The notes beneath the pieces were generated by a model. The model searched no databases, had not been told where the DNA came from, and saw only the letters and a list, made by a program, of their open reading frames with translations. A DNA stretch of 64,000 bases, taken from positions 1-64,000 of the forward strand of contig RSEE01000076.1 of assembly GCA_003971905.1 (NCBI GenBank), given 5' to 3'. Within the stretch, counting starts at the first letter, position 1; each line of letters opens with the position of its first letter. The DNA is from Moniliella sp. 'wahieum' (lineage: Eukaryota). A program made the position numbers and the translations under genes. Shown here piece after piece: positions 1-11,082 of this stretch.

Positions 1-17
1 CCTAACCCTAACCCTAA
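1..17 (+). repeat. Telomeric repeat (CCCTAA)n, left chromosome end
   Basis: Window begins cctaaccctaaccctaa, the C-rich strand of the TTAGGG telomere; only ~3 units are visible. Confidence 0.85.
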
Positions 18-37
18 GATGGAGAGCGTGGGTGGAG

Positions 38-226
38 GGCGCAGGCTTGGAGATGATGGGCAGAGGTTGGTGGCGAGTACAAGCTTGGGGATGACGAGCA
101 CAGGCTTGATGGGGAGTGCAGGCTTGGAGATGATGAGCACCGGCTTGGTGGCGAGCACACGCTTGGGGAGAGAGCGCAGGCTTGGACATGATGAGCACAA
201 GGTTGATGGCGAGCGCAAGCTTGGAC
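38..226. repeat. Degenerate ~39-bp subtelomeric tandem repeat
   Basis: gcaggcttggagatgatg-like units recur at ~40, 79, 118 and 176; the minus strand reads as a Ser/Pro-rich 13-aa repeat (SLCSSSPSLYSPP). Confidence 0.7.
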
Positions 227-1264
227 GCAACAGAAAGAGCACGACGTTGAACTGGCCCATGGGCTACTCGAGTTTGAGCATGGCCCGACGAGCGTTGGGA
301 TGGAGGCAATGACGAGGAGAACGGAAGGATGAGAGGAAGAACGCTGGTACAAGAGCGGGTCAGATTGAGGCAGGGTGACATGGGATGGAATGGAGTGGGA
401 TGGGATGGGATGCGTACCGATGCGCTGAACGACGTTGCACATGGCCCAGACGGCGGTTGGGATGAGCATCTCAAGCAGGGTGACAGCAGGGGCAGCCAAG
501 CGAGTGCACATCGGCCGGCAAAGGTTCGGAAGGGGACGGCATGGCAAGCTGCACGGTCTGGGACGGGGGCGAGGCAAGTCGGTACATGGCCGCGACGAAA
601 CGAGCTTCACATGGCCAAGCCAAGCGCCCAGACAGCCAACGCAAGCGCGGCAGCGGTTGGCAGTGGCAGCAGGCGAGGCATGCACAACGCCATGCACCAT
701 CCCATGCTTCCGCTTGCTGACCCGACGGTGGCGATGGGCGAATGAATGGAGATGGTGGCCGAGTCAATGGCGGAGATGGCCTGGGCGGGGGTGGGAGGTA
801 GGAGCGCGGCGCTGGGACGGGTCGGGAGGCAGGGGGACGTGGGAAAGAGCGCCGGGGGTGGCGGGCAGTACCTGCAGAGACCCAGAAGCTGGACAGAAGA
901 CACAGAGGCGAGAGGGTCAGTAGAGGGCCGGTGTGTGGAAGATGAGGCGCGGGAGGCACCGAATGGGGGAAAGGAGGCTCAGAACGAGGGGTGTGATTGA
1001 AACGAGGCAACAGACCTTGGGGGGCGGGCAAAGCCAGCGGGTTGGGGGGGGGCGTGGTAAGAAACCAACCAGATCCGTCGCCTGGCCCGTGCATTCATCC
1101 GCCGCTGGCTGAAAATATTAACATTTGCAATTGCACCGATGCACGCGCAGCCTGCGCGGTCAGATTGGCTCGGTCGCCACCAAATCGACCAAGCCGCCAC
1201 ACCACCAACGCATCCACCGCCACACGCCCGTTCTCCATCGCGGTGCATCTTGCGCCCACGCGTG

Positions 1265-1892
1265 CGCTTCTGAAAGAGGACTACCTGGGGCACGCTACGC
1301 CACCACTCGTGCTCTGACTCGTCCCAAATTGGTGGGGCACCGACGCTGTTTGTTGGGACCGTGCGCCGTCTGGACCGCACCTGAGGTAATTGGATGTGGT
1401 GTAACCTCAATCCTGGACCGAATCAAAAGCGCATCATCATTCTTGAAAGCCTTGATTCTGGGCTACGCTACACCGTTGACAGATCTCTGATTCGTCCAGA
1501 ATTGGTTCAACGCCGGCAGCATCAACATCGACCATCCGCTGTTTGGACCTAACCTCTGATGTTCACATGTGGTGTGACCCCAATCCTGGTCCAATCCTGA
1601 AGCGCATTGCTGCTCCTGAAAGCCCTGCTTCCTGTGCACGCTGTGCATGTATGCAATCTATTGTTTGATGAGGATTGGTGCTGTGCCGGCGCCGTCAACA
1701 TAGACCTTCATCCGAATCAAACTAACATCAGATGTTGGGGCGTGTTCTGACCTCAATGCTGGACCAATCCTGGAGCGCCTTACCTCCCCTGGAAGCCCTG
1801 CTTGTAGTGCACGATGGGGCGCGACCATCTCTGACATCCGACGACAACTGGTGGAGCGGCGGCGCCATCAAACCCACCTGCCCGTGTTTGGA
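1265..1892. repeat. Degenerate ~173-bp tandem repeat, about 3.5 copies
   Basis: The block acc(t/c)caat(c/g)ctgg(a/t)cc..aatc...agcgc...tg(a/g)aagcc(c/t)tg recurs at ~1404, 1577 and 1750, with downstream cggc.cc(a/g)tcaa motifs in register. Confidence 0.7.
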
Positions 1893-2277
1893 CCTGCTGT
1901 GCACCATCGCTTCAGCTGGTGGACAGATGCAGATGGTAGTCGATGTAGGCCTGCCCTGGTGGAAGGCGAGGGAGTACGCTGCAGCGGGAGGCTTGGATGA
2001 GGCGTGCACCTGAGCGGGAGCGGCTGGGATCGATGCATGCTGGGATGAGATGGTGGCGCGTATACCGGCGGGACCAAAATGGCGATATCTCAGCCGTCTC
2101 TCATCCGTTCTGGCTCACATTTGGCATGCTACCAACGGTAAGCAAGCACTGTTGGAGGCATGCATCAGATCCTCCATCTGCCTCACGATCAGGGGCAACG
2201 CGCATAGAGGTGTGCTAGCGCCAAATGAAGCACGGATATGGACGATGCTCACCACGAGACGGCCATGCATGGTGAAT

Positions 2278-2432
2278 GGGTGGTGGTGGGGGTGAAGTGG
2301 GGGTGGTGGTGGTGGTGGGGGTGGTGGTGGTGGTGGTGGTGGTGGTGGGGTGGTGGTGGTGGTGGTGGTGGTGGGGGATGGGTGGTGGTGGATGGTGGTG
2401 GTGGGCGTTGCGGTGGTGGTGGCGGTGGCGGC
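2278..2432. repeat. (GGT)n microsatellite
   Basis: Long imperfect GGT tract, directly visible. Confidence 0.95.
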
Positions 2433-2592
2433 GCTGGATTAATGTTTGCGCACACCAACATCAGATGCGCTGCGCCGGCAGCGCGCACAGCGTTGGACAG
2501 CGGTCGGATGGCCACAGGCCAGAGTCGGGACCGGGCACGGCGCAAGCAGCGTGGCAGGGCCCGCTACGTTTCCGCAAGGAACGCCATCAAAG

Positions 2593-2748
2593 AATGTCAG
2601 AGCTCACCAAACGTCAGACCCCGCATTTTGCCCTCCTCACATGTCACATTCCAGGGCGTGACAGCGTGAATACCGCATTCCAGGACTAAGCCCCACCCGA
2701 AATGTCAGAGATCACCAAACGTCAGGCACCACATTTTGGTCCCCATCA
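2593..2748 (+). repeat. Imperfect ~45-bp direct repeat pair
   Basis: aatgtcagag(c/a)tcaccaaacgtcag...cattttg at ~2593 and ~2701. Confidence 0.7.
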
Positions 2749-3399
2749 CACTGTGGTGGCTGACTTTTCGTGGGGTTGTCCCAGTTTGGGCTAAATACCT
2801 GTCTCAGTACTAATGAGCCGCGTTTTCACAGGACTCATCACAAGCCAATATAAGACTAGGCCCTCCTCCCCTACCTCTACTTCCCCGCCCACCCCACCCC
2901 TGCTGCCCGCCGCTCCGCCATCCCCCCCTGCCCCACCACGGAGGCAAGCCCGCGGACGCCGCCTTCTCCGGCAGCAGTACCACCTCACACTCCCGGACGT
3001 CATTGCCCCCAACACTGCCGCCGCCAATGCTGTTCCCCTCTCCCGGTCCAAGCACGCCGCCGCTGTTGGCCTCGCCCCACGTCCTCCCTCCTTACGGTCC
3101 GCCTCTTACTGCCCCTCTCAAAGGGCATGTCCCGCGGACGCTGCCAGCTCCGGCAGCCTCTCCCCCCCCATTTTCCCCCCAAATCGCGCCTCGGGATCTC
3201 GTTTCCCTACCGCTGCCCCTCTGGAGTCGGGGGTAAGCCATGCCGTTCATCTCGGCCACCTCGCGCGTTCCCCAAGTAAGCCACTGACGCCTTCGGTAGG
3301 CACCTCAGTGCCACTCCTCCCCCATATTACCAAGGCGCAAAATTGCTTCGCCCCTTTGCCCCGCAAGCCCGCTGACCCGCTCGGTCGCTCCCCTGCTGT

Positions 3400-4521
3400 T
3401 CGGGATGCCATTGTTGCACGCGTCAAGTTATGGCATGAACGTGCCATGCATCTTCCCGTTCACAAGCTTCCGGGGCTCACCGCGGCCCTCTCCCGCTGAG
3501 CGAGTTACGCACGATGACGTGCTCGCCGTGAAGGCCGCTGGCTGGCATGCCCGACGTGTGACTTAGTTCCTCTGAACCTATGCCACCCTTGCTCAAGCCG
3601 GGCCTGCACAAGCCATTTCCCTTGCACACGCTTGCTGCTGACGTGTTCGACGACTTCGGCACCTCTCCCAGCGCAACGTGTGCTCTCATCGTCCAAGACC
3701 ATGACTCGCGTTTCATCTGGTCTATCCCCCTCAAGTCCAAGACAGACGCCGCTGATGCACTGCAAGCCCACATTGAGTCTCTCGAGCAGCGATTCTCTCA
3801 TCGCCACCTCAAGGTGGCCCATGTGTGGACTACGAGCAGGACCGAGTTTGATCCTATATCCCCTGGCTCCGCTCTGTGGGCATTCGGCACTGCCGGGCGA
3901 CCGACGATGACCCTGCCGGCGTACTCAACCGCGTGCACCTATTGCTGAACAACCTTGTTCAAGCTGCATTGCATTCCCTCTCCGCTGGACCAACCTGCTG
4001 GCCTGCAGCCCTTGCTCAGGCCGCCACGGTCATCAACGCCCTGCCGCACCCGTCCTGCTCCAATGCCACCCCGCATCAGCGTATGTATGGCTGTTCTTTC
4101 GATGTTCCAGCCCTGCATCCCTTCGGCTGCCAGGCTCATGCCGAGGACATGAGCCCAGCTGCTGCATCCTTCCATCTTGGCTTCAATTCGACGACGCGTC
4201 GGTGGCTTCTTCGCGTCTGCCGCAACGGTAAATGGACAACTACCGAGTCAAACAATGTCCGTTTCCAAAGAAAACGACTATAGCAACGTCCCTCCTGCCG
4301 TGGTCGCTTCCTCCCGCGCCTCTCTTGCCCCATTCATCGCAGAGGACTTGCTCAAGTGGGAAACTCAAAGCCTAGCGCCCGTCGCCTCCCTCGGCGGCGC
4401 TACCTCCTCATCCACCATCGATGCCGACATGCACATTCCTCTTGCCCCTGCGGGACGCCGCTACCGCTCGAGAAAAATGAGAGGACCGCGCTTGGCCACG
4501 CCTCAAGCGTCACCAAGTTAA
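3400..4521 (+). mobile_element. Degenerate Ty1/copia-type integrase (GAG-pre-integrase, rve core, SH3-like tail); relic
   Basis: Across frames: KLWHERAMH (LWHxRLGH-like), PLHTLAADVF, LIVQDHDSRFIWSIPLKSKTD, CWPAALAQAATVINALP..TPHQRMYG..LHPFGCQAH, HLGFN..ESNNVRF. The zinc-finger CxxC reads CSP-stop and no RT/RNaseH follows. Confidence 0.8.
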
Positions 4522-4886
4522 ACTCCGAGCATATGGGCCAAGACACACACTTCCCCGTCGCCTTGCATGCTCTCTTTTCTTCTTATTTGGCTGTGTCGCA
4601 TCATTGTCGCTACGTCGTCCGCATCGCCCTCGCTTGCGACGTCTGCGTCTCATCGGACCCACATCCGGTACAAGAGAACGCCGCGTATGTTCCTCTCAGG
4701 TCCAGCCCTTCCCGACCTGACCTGCGCATTGTTCTTTCCCTTTCCTTTCCCTTTTCTCACCCTGATCTCTGTTCCTTTGGTTCGGTGGGAGATGACTTGT
4801 CCACTTCGTTACCATCGACTTCGTCTCTGTCCACGAGTTGGCCATCGTTGAAGGAGACCCAAAGGTGTCCACAGGATCGGTGGGAG

Positions 4887-5082
4887 TGTCAGACTCACGC
4901 CGTGCTAGGGGGCACTTGGCCCACTAGGCCCGTATGGGCACTATGGCGTGATTCTTATCAGTGGGAGATCCTGTGTCCACTCTCGACTGTGCCCCCTTCC
5001 TGAGGAGGTACATATACCTCCTGTGCGTCCATAGATGTATGCAATCCATCTGCTTCCCTTCCCCCATCTCCGTCTCCTGACA
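4887..5082 (+). mobile_element. LTR-like or MITE-like relic
   Basis: TGTCAG...CTGACA termini (the inverted match extends to GAGTGTCAG/CTGACACTC), preceded by purine-rich gggag; no TSD seen. Confidence 0.35.
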
Positions 5083-5113
5083 CTCTCTCTTCCATTTCCT
5101 GGCCCGGGGGGGG

Positions 5114-5471
5114 TGTTGACCTCTGGTCATTTATGGCCAAGGTAACTTCCGAGTGACATCATGTGATGCGCGTGTGATGTTTTCTGACGTGGCGTTTCCG
5201 ACTCCATGATGACTTGGATTCGCCACCGCCTTAGCAATTTGATCTCCATCGACCACCATTCCATTTGCTGCTCTTTGAGCTCTTCCTGGGCGTTAATAGC
5301 TTGAGCTTGAGCTTGAAGCTTGATACAATGTACATGCACTTGATGCTCGATATACTCTCTCGTTAATACCACCTCTTTCTTCGCCTAGTCCCAGGTCCCT
5401 TTCTCTCGCTTTCATCGCTTATTACTTACTGCGTAATGCACAATGAATAATGACTTGTCCCATGTCAAACA
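5114..5471 (+). mobile_element. Probable copia-type 3' LTR with upstream polypurine tract
   Basis: A G8 tract is immediately followed by TGTTGA, and the segment ends TCAAACA; it lies downstream of the integrase relic. Confidence 0.4.
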
Positions 5472-5618
5472 CGTAATTAGTAGCAGGTAACCGGCATAAC
5501 CGGCCTACCCGAGTTGCCACGCTCACACGTTGATGACCTGCTCTTTGGCGTCCCGTTGTGGCTCATGTTGCGGCTTTTATATCTGTGCCTGTAATCGATT
5601 GTCATTACTAAATAATAA

Positions 5619-5657
5619 ATGTTCGACGTATGTTCGACGTATGTTCGACGTATGTTC
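5619..5657. repeat. 11-bp tandem repeat (ATGTTCGACGT)x3.5
   Basis: Directly visible. Confidence 0.9.
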
Positions 5658-8600
5658 ACGACGTACGTTTTAGTAATATAGAACCGAGTAAGCTAGCGAG
5701 CTAGTGGCCTGCGAGCTAGTGGGCGATTATAGAGCATAGGTCGCCATAACCGATTCCACGGCATGTTGACAAGATGCGTGGTGCAAGGTTCAGGGCAAGC
5801 ACAGGACCGTGGTTTCCCAGGGCGTTTTTTTTCTCGTCTGATTAATGCACAGTGTATACTTGATTCTCTCGATCTCAGATTGGACAGGCTAGCCGATCCA
5901 GGGCCCACGTGTAGCATGCCATACGTACGCGAGTGTACCCTGCTCGCCTGCTCAACGTCCGCGTCAGGCCTGAGGCCTCAGGCCTCAGGTCAGGCCCCAG
6001 TGGGGCCACCGCCACCGTCTCGCTCAGCGCTCACCGGCGCGCTCAGTCCGAGCAACTCAGGCTGAGCACCGAGCCTGTCAGTGACATGTGCATGTGAGCA
6101 TGCCAGGGTCACCGGTCACCAGTCAATGTCACGTGCATGCCACATGTCACAAGGGCCCACATGTCACAGGCGTGTCGCAAGGGCTCAGCGCCAAGGGCTC
6201 GCATGTCATATATCATAGCTCACGTGTCACATGTCACATGTCACACCTCAAGTCATCGACATCTAGCATCGTGCATCGACATCGATCATCGATCATCTGA
6301 CCGGCTGACCGGCCTGGCGCGTGACACCTGAGGCCTGACGCGTGACGGCCCGATCGGCCTGATCCGTCCGATCCTGAACGCGTGATTAGATGGGGGACCG
6401 CGGGACGCCAGGGGACGCGTCACGCCTCACGCCACCGATGCTGCTCCGCCGGCCAGCGCCCTGCGCCGCCACTGCCGCCACCCGACACGGGTGCAAATTC
6501 AACACCTGCACTCCCCCCGCACGTACCAACTGGTGGGGCCAGGTAAAGTATTACCGCCTACCACCTCACAGATGTGTTGTGCCATGTAAGGCTAATGTCC
6601 ACGGTCCAAGATCCAAGGTCCCAGGTCCAAGATCCAAGATCCAAGATCCAATAAGGCCCAAAAGATCCAAGGTCCATGTGACGCCACCTTGGTGTAGTAG
6701 CGCCGGTAGCCCAAGTCCAGATCCTTTTCCTGGAGCATTCCATCCTTCCGATATTCCGTCCGGGAGGACAGAAGTATTCTCCAAGAAAGAATAGTCTCTA
6801 GTAGTCATTTAATCTCTAGCCTCTGAAGCACGTGTGCAACGCGATGCCCACCATCAACTGCCTACTCTCTCTGGTCTTCAAGCTTCAGCATTCCAAGGAT
6901 GGAAAAGGGGATGGAGTTGTGAAGCTTGCAAGCGGTACTTACTTAGGGCATGCACTGTGGTAGTATGCATAATAGCTTGCAGAAGCTTGGGCAACTCAGC
7001 GCTTATCAGGTTACCGGTTACCGGTTATCAAGGCTATATACTTAGTATTTAGTACTTAGGCATCGGGTTATACTATATATCCGCAGGGCAGACATAGTAT
7101 GTAAGACACTTCAGGTGCTCACTTGGCGATCTTGAAGCTTGAGGTTTTGACCTTACGCTTAAGCTCATGCGATCAAGTCGATCAAGCTTGAGCTTCTTGA
7201 GTTTCATCATCGACATCATCATTGAAAGCCATATACTGCTGCGGCTGGCGAGGATGGGAGATAGGCCATCTACAGGCCACATTCCATCTTCACTGAGTAC
7301 TGACATGCACTGACACCCTTAGCTTCAAGTCTTACCCGGCCACCGAACCGGCTGATCTGTCTTCGTAGGTGAGGTCACCGGGTCACCATCTCAGCCCCAA
7401 GTGTCAAAAAGCTCGTCAAGCGCCAAGCGTCAAGGTCGTCAAGCGTCAGCGTCAAAAGCTCGTCAAGCGTCAAATTTCAAACGTCAAGACGTTCGGTTCG
7501 GCTGTGCGGTGAGCCTGATCTCAGGTGGGCCAGCCTAAGCCATCCTTGTTTCCAAAGCCCCACACAGTGATGAGTAAGCCGGTGTGTCAGGATCGACTGA
7601 TCCATATGACCATTTACAAATATCTACCCATCTTCCCACCCCGCGCTAGCCCTAGTAGCCCCCTTGCCTGATAAGTGCACAAAAGCTATAGCCACAAAAT
7701 CGACGTGATCGATACTCTTCAATCGATAAGCCCACAATGGGGGACGGAGGCGGTGGCGATGGCAGTGGCGCCGGGACGTGAGGCCTGAGGCCCGAGGAGA
7801 CATACAAGAGTACAAATACATCGCGGGGCGTGGGGAAAACGGGGGGGGGAGGGGAGGGGGATCATTCGGTAATACTGGGCCCACTAGCCACTCCAAAGAT
7901 ACAAAAGCCAAGGGAAAAGAAGAGAAAGAAAAAGCAGAAGCATGCAGAGCAGACCACAAGCCAACGCAAAATATATCGAGCCGAAGGGGAACCGATCCCA
8001 CATTCGGCCTCATGTCATGAATCATGGATCATAGATCATGGATCAAGGGTCCGTTAGCTCGCTTTCGTGTAAAGGGTAGCCACGAGCAACCGACCCAAGC
8101 AAATCCAGATTGGAGGTGGGGGGGTGGGAGTTCCAAACGGCCAGCGCGAGTGCGTCAACCCGACCCACCGGTAACCGGTAATCCATATCCCTCCGGGGCG
8201 GAAGGAAGCCACACCTGACTGGCGTGCGACAGGCGGTGGGGGGACGAATGGGAAATAGGAGGAAACCCAACAGAGAAAAGGCCATGGGGAAGAAGAGGGT
8301 AGTAAACGTAAAATACAGACTGGAGCGGTCCAGCGGTCGCCCCGTGCCCGTGGTGGTGGTGGTGGCCATCCTGGGCCTCGGGGTCAAAAACGTACGAGGT
8401 CACAACGTAGGAGAGAGAAAGAGAAGGAGCCAAAGGTGGATCATGGGTCAGGCATACGCGCCAGGATGCGCATCGATGCGGTGAGGCAGTCCCCGGCCCA
8501 TGGTTGCTTTGCATTGCATCGGGCCGACTACCGGGATCCGTTCGACCCTGCCTACTTGGGTGCCGTGGGGAGCATCCATCCAAGTCCCTCGGCCACTACA

Positions 8601-8708
8601 CGCCCGACCCTGCAGCGGGGGGGGGGCGAAGGTCAACTACCCTGGTGCCCTCTGGGAAAGGGGACAAGCGATCGCGATGGCAAAACGGGGAGAAAGGGAG
8701 GGGGGGGG

Positions 8709-9531
8709 CTAAGGATAGCCCTTGCGCGGCTGCGAGGGGCAGTTCTTGATCCCCGACGAACTGAGCCTACGGGGCCGACTCATTGTCGACGAGAAAAATT
8801 GATCCGAAGGCGCGCTAAAGGAGGAAGAGCGCGAGGAGATCGAGGGCCAGTAAGTGCTGGTTGCATGCGTCCCATACGTCCAGGCCGAAGAAGAGGCGCT
8901 GGAGAAGGAGAAGGTGGACATGTGTCCAAGTGAGAAACCGAGGGGGAGGAAGGTGGGGAGGGGAACTCGCCCAAGGAGGAGGGGAAGTGGGTCGACGATG
9001 AGGCGGGGGAAGAAGGGGAGAGGGCCTGGTGGGCGGGAACAAGGGGATCGGCATCAAGTTCAGTATTGTCGTCCGTAGGAGGCTCGGAATAAGTGTCGAG
9101 TTGGATTGGCTCAGGAGGCGGCGGAGGCCGGAGGAGGAGAGCAAGCGACCTGCGGCCCCGGCGGGTTGCGCACAAAGGTATCACGGGGAGCTGCTCTTCG
9201 CTCGGAAGGGACGGAGCAGCGTCTGGGAAGCAAAAGCTGTGCCAGTCGGGGGGACTGGCCGACACCACGGGGGGCGATGCGGAGCGGGTAGGGAAGGCAT
9301 GGGGATGAGCGGGAGACATGCGGGGCAAGGCGAGAGGAGGCCGCTTGCGAGGCTCGGGCAGAGTGGGGGGTAAGATCCGGGCGGGGTCCGAGGCGGTGCG
9401 AGCCAGGCTGCGGCTGGGGGGGAGGAGCAGGGAGAGTAGATCATGGGGAGGTCGCCGTCCAGGTAAAGACCCAGCAAGTTGGTGCTGAGCGCCGGAGGCG
9501 CACAGAGGTCGAGGGGGGTCGGTGTGTGCAT
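8709..9531 (-). CDS. Hypothetical Ser/Pro-rich protein (frameshifted ORFs 9181-9531, 8780-9328, 8709-8921)
   Basis: ATG in gccgccATG context, TATATA ~105 bp upstream (9636-9641), overlapping low-complexity ORFs; no recognisable domain. Confidence 0.35.
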
Positions 9532-10830
9532 GGCGGCGATGCGGAGGGCAGAAGAGGGAGGAAACAGGGCGGGGGTGAGGCGTTAGAATGAGGGGGGGGG
9601 GGGGGCAGGGAGGGGCAGTGCGGTAGCGATGCGGATATATAATCGGCTGAGCGGGGGCAAGGCAGGGCAGCGCAGGGCAAGCAAGACGACACAGCTGCAG
9701 TGGGGACGCGAGGGTGACGCGTCACACATCAAGCGTGAGCGAATTTCCCCAAGACCGGTGAAGGCCCAAGGTTCAAGCGCTCAGCTCAAGCTTCAGATGA
9801 TGGATGATGAAGCTTGAAGTGCTGCGGCGTGACGCGTGACGGTACGTTGACGTCAAGAGATCCGGGATCTGAGATCTCGGATGTCAGACGTTAAGGGCAA
9901 TGAGTTTAACGTTAAACGGTAACTAGCTTAACTAGTAACTAGTAACTGTTAACGCGTAGCGTTTTTACGTTAACGCTTAGCGAACGCAGTCGGCACCAGT
10001 AGCTCAGTACTGGGTATGCGTACTGCGTATTGCGTTTTACATGTCCCATCGTAGCGTCCAGGGCGTCACGCGTCAGGCGCGTCAGGCACTGCACAACCTC
10101 CAACGTTCAACCACCGCACACGTGCAGCTGAACCCAGCCTGCGCCAGCACAGTGTCGCCATGCCCGCCGCAGCACGACACTTCGTCGGCTAGCTGAGATC
10201 TGAGATCGGGGAGGCCGCCTGAGGCGGTAGGCTGTGGCGGTCGGTCTGCCGTACCAGCTGGTACCTACACCAGGACTAGGAACGAGGTACTACCATCTAG
10301 CAACTAGTAACGCGTAACGCGTAACGCGTAACGCTAGCAAACGCGTGCTTATTCCCTCTTGTTCCACGCCCCCGTACGTACGGCGTGCAGCCTTACCATG
10401 TCTACACCCTGACGCGTGACGTTCTGTTCCAAGTGCGCTGAGGCTAACCCCTCAGCTGAGCTGCCGTGGCCGCCACCTACTAGGCCAACCAGAGCAAAAT
10501 CCGCTCAGCGCTCACTCGCCCTGTGTACTGCTCCGCTGCCTCACCGTCAAGCGTCACGCGTCACCCTGACATGTCACACATCTCACATCTCAGATCTCAA
10601 TGTCACATTTCCACACAGTGCCACAGTCCCCTTCGCCCCCGACAGCCCAAGATTTGCGGGGGGCAACGTTGCAGGGTACGTTGCACTTCCGCAGCGGAGG
10701 TCCCGCGTTCAGCCTCAGGGCTCGGCCTGAGCCTCAGGCCTCAGGCTAAGGCCTCGACGCTCAGCCTGAACGCTCAAGCGCTCTAGCTTCAAGCACGCTA
10801 GCTTCAAGCGCTCTAGCTTTAAGCGCTCTA

Positions 10831-10971
10831 GCTAACTTCAAGCTTCCAGCTAGCTTCAAGCTTCCAGCTAGCTTCAAGCTTCCAGCTAGCTTCAAGCTTC
10901 CAGCTAGCTTCAAGCTTCCAGCTAGCTTCAAGCTTCCAGCTAGCTTCAAGCTTCCAGCTAGCTTCAAGCTT
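10831..10971. repeat. 18-bp minisatellite (GCTAGCTTCAAGCTTCCA)x~7.8
   Basis: Near-perfect copies at 18-bp spacing, preceded by shorter related units from ~10783. Confidence 0.95.
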
Positions 10972-11012
10972 TGTGAGAAGGCACAGCCGGGGGAAATAGT
11001 GAGGAAAAGAAG

Positions 11013-11082
11013 AGACTCGAATGGGATTCGAACCCATGTCATCGCCTATGGCCAGGGATGCTTACCACTACGCTATCGAGCC
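11013..11082 (-). tRNA. tRNA-like gene, probably Gly(GCC)-derived, with defective D and anticodon arms (pseudo-tRNA or indel errors)
   Basis: Acceptor GGCTCGA/TCGAGTC, A-box TAGCGTAGTGG, perfect T-arm ATGGG-TTCGAAT-CCCAT, GCCAT in the anticodon region, T-rich run downstream; 70 nt with an imperfect anticodon stem. Confidence 0.65.

Noticed and set aside
2238..2689. Poly-W/G/V/H/P ORFs
   Set aside because: These are translations of the (GGT)n microsatellite.
10831..10971. CRISPR-like array, or LAGSLK/EASWKL repeat protein
   Set aside because: Contiguous 18-bp units with no spacers and no cas genes in a eukaryote; the ORFs are by-products of the repeat.
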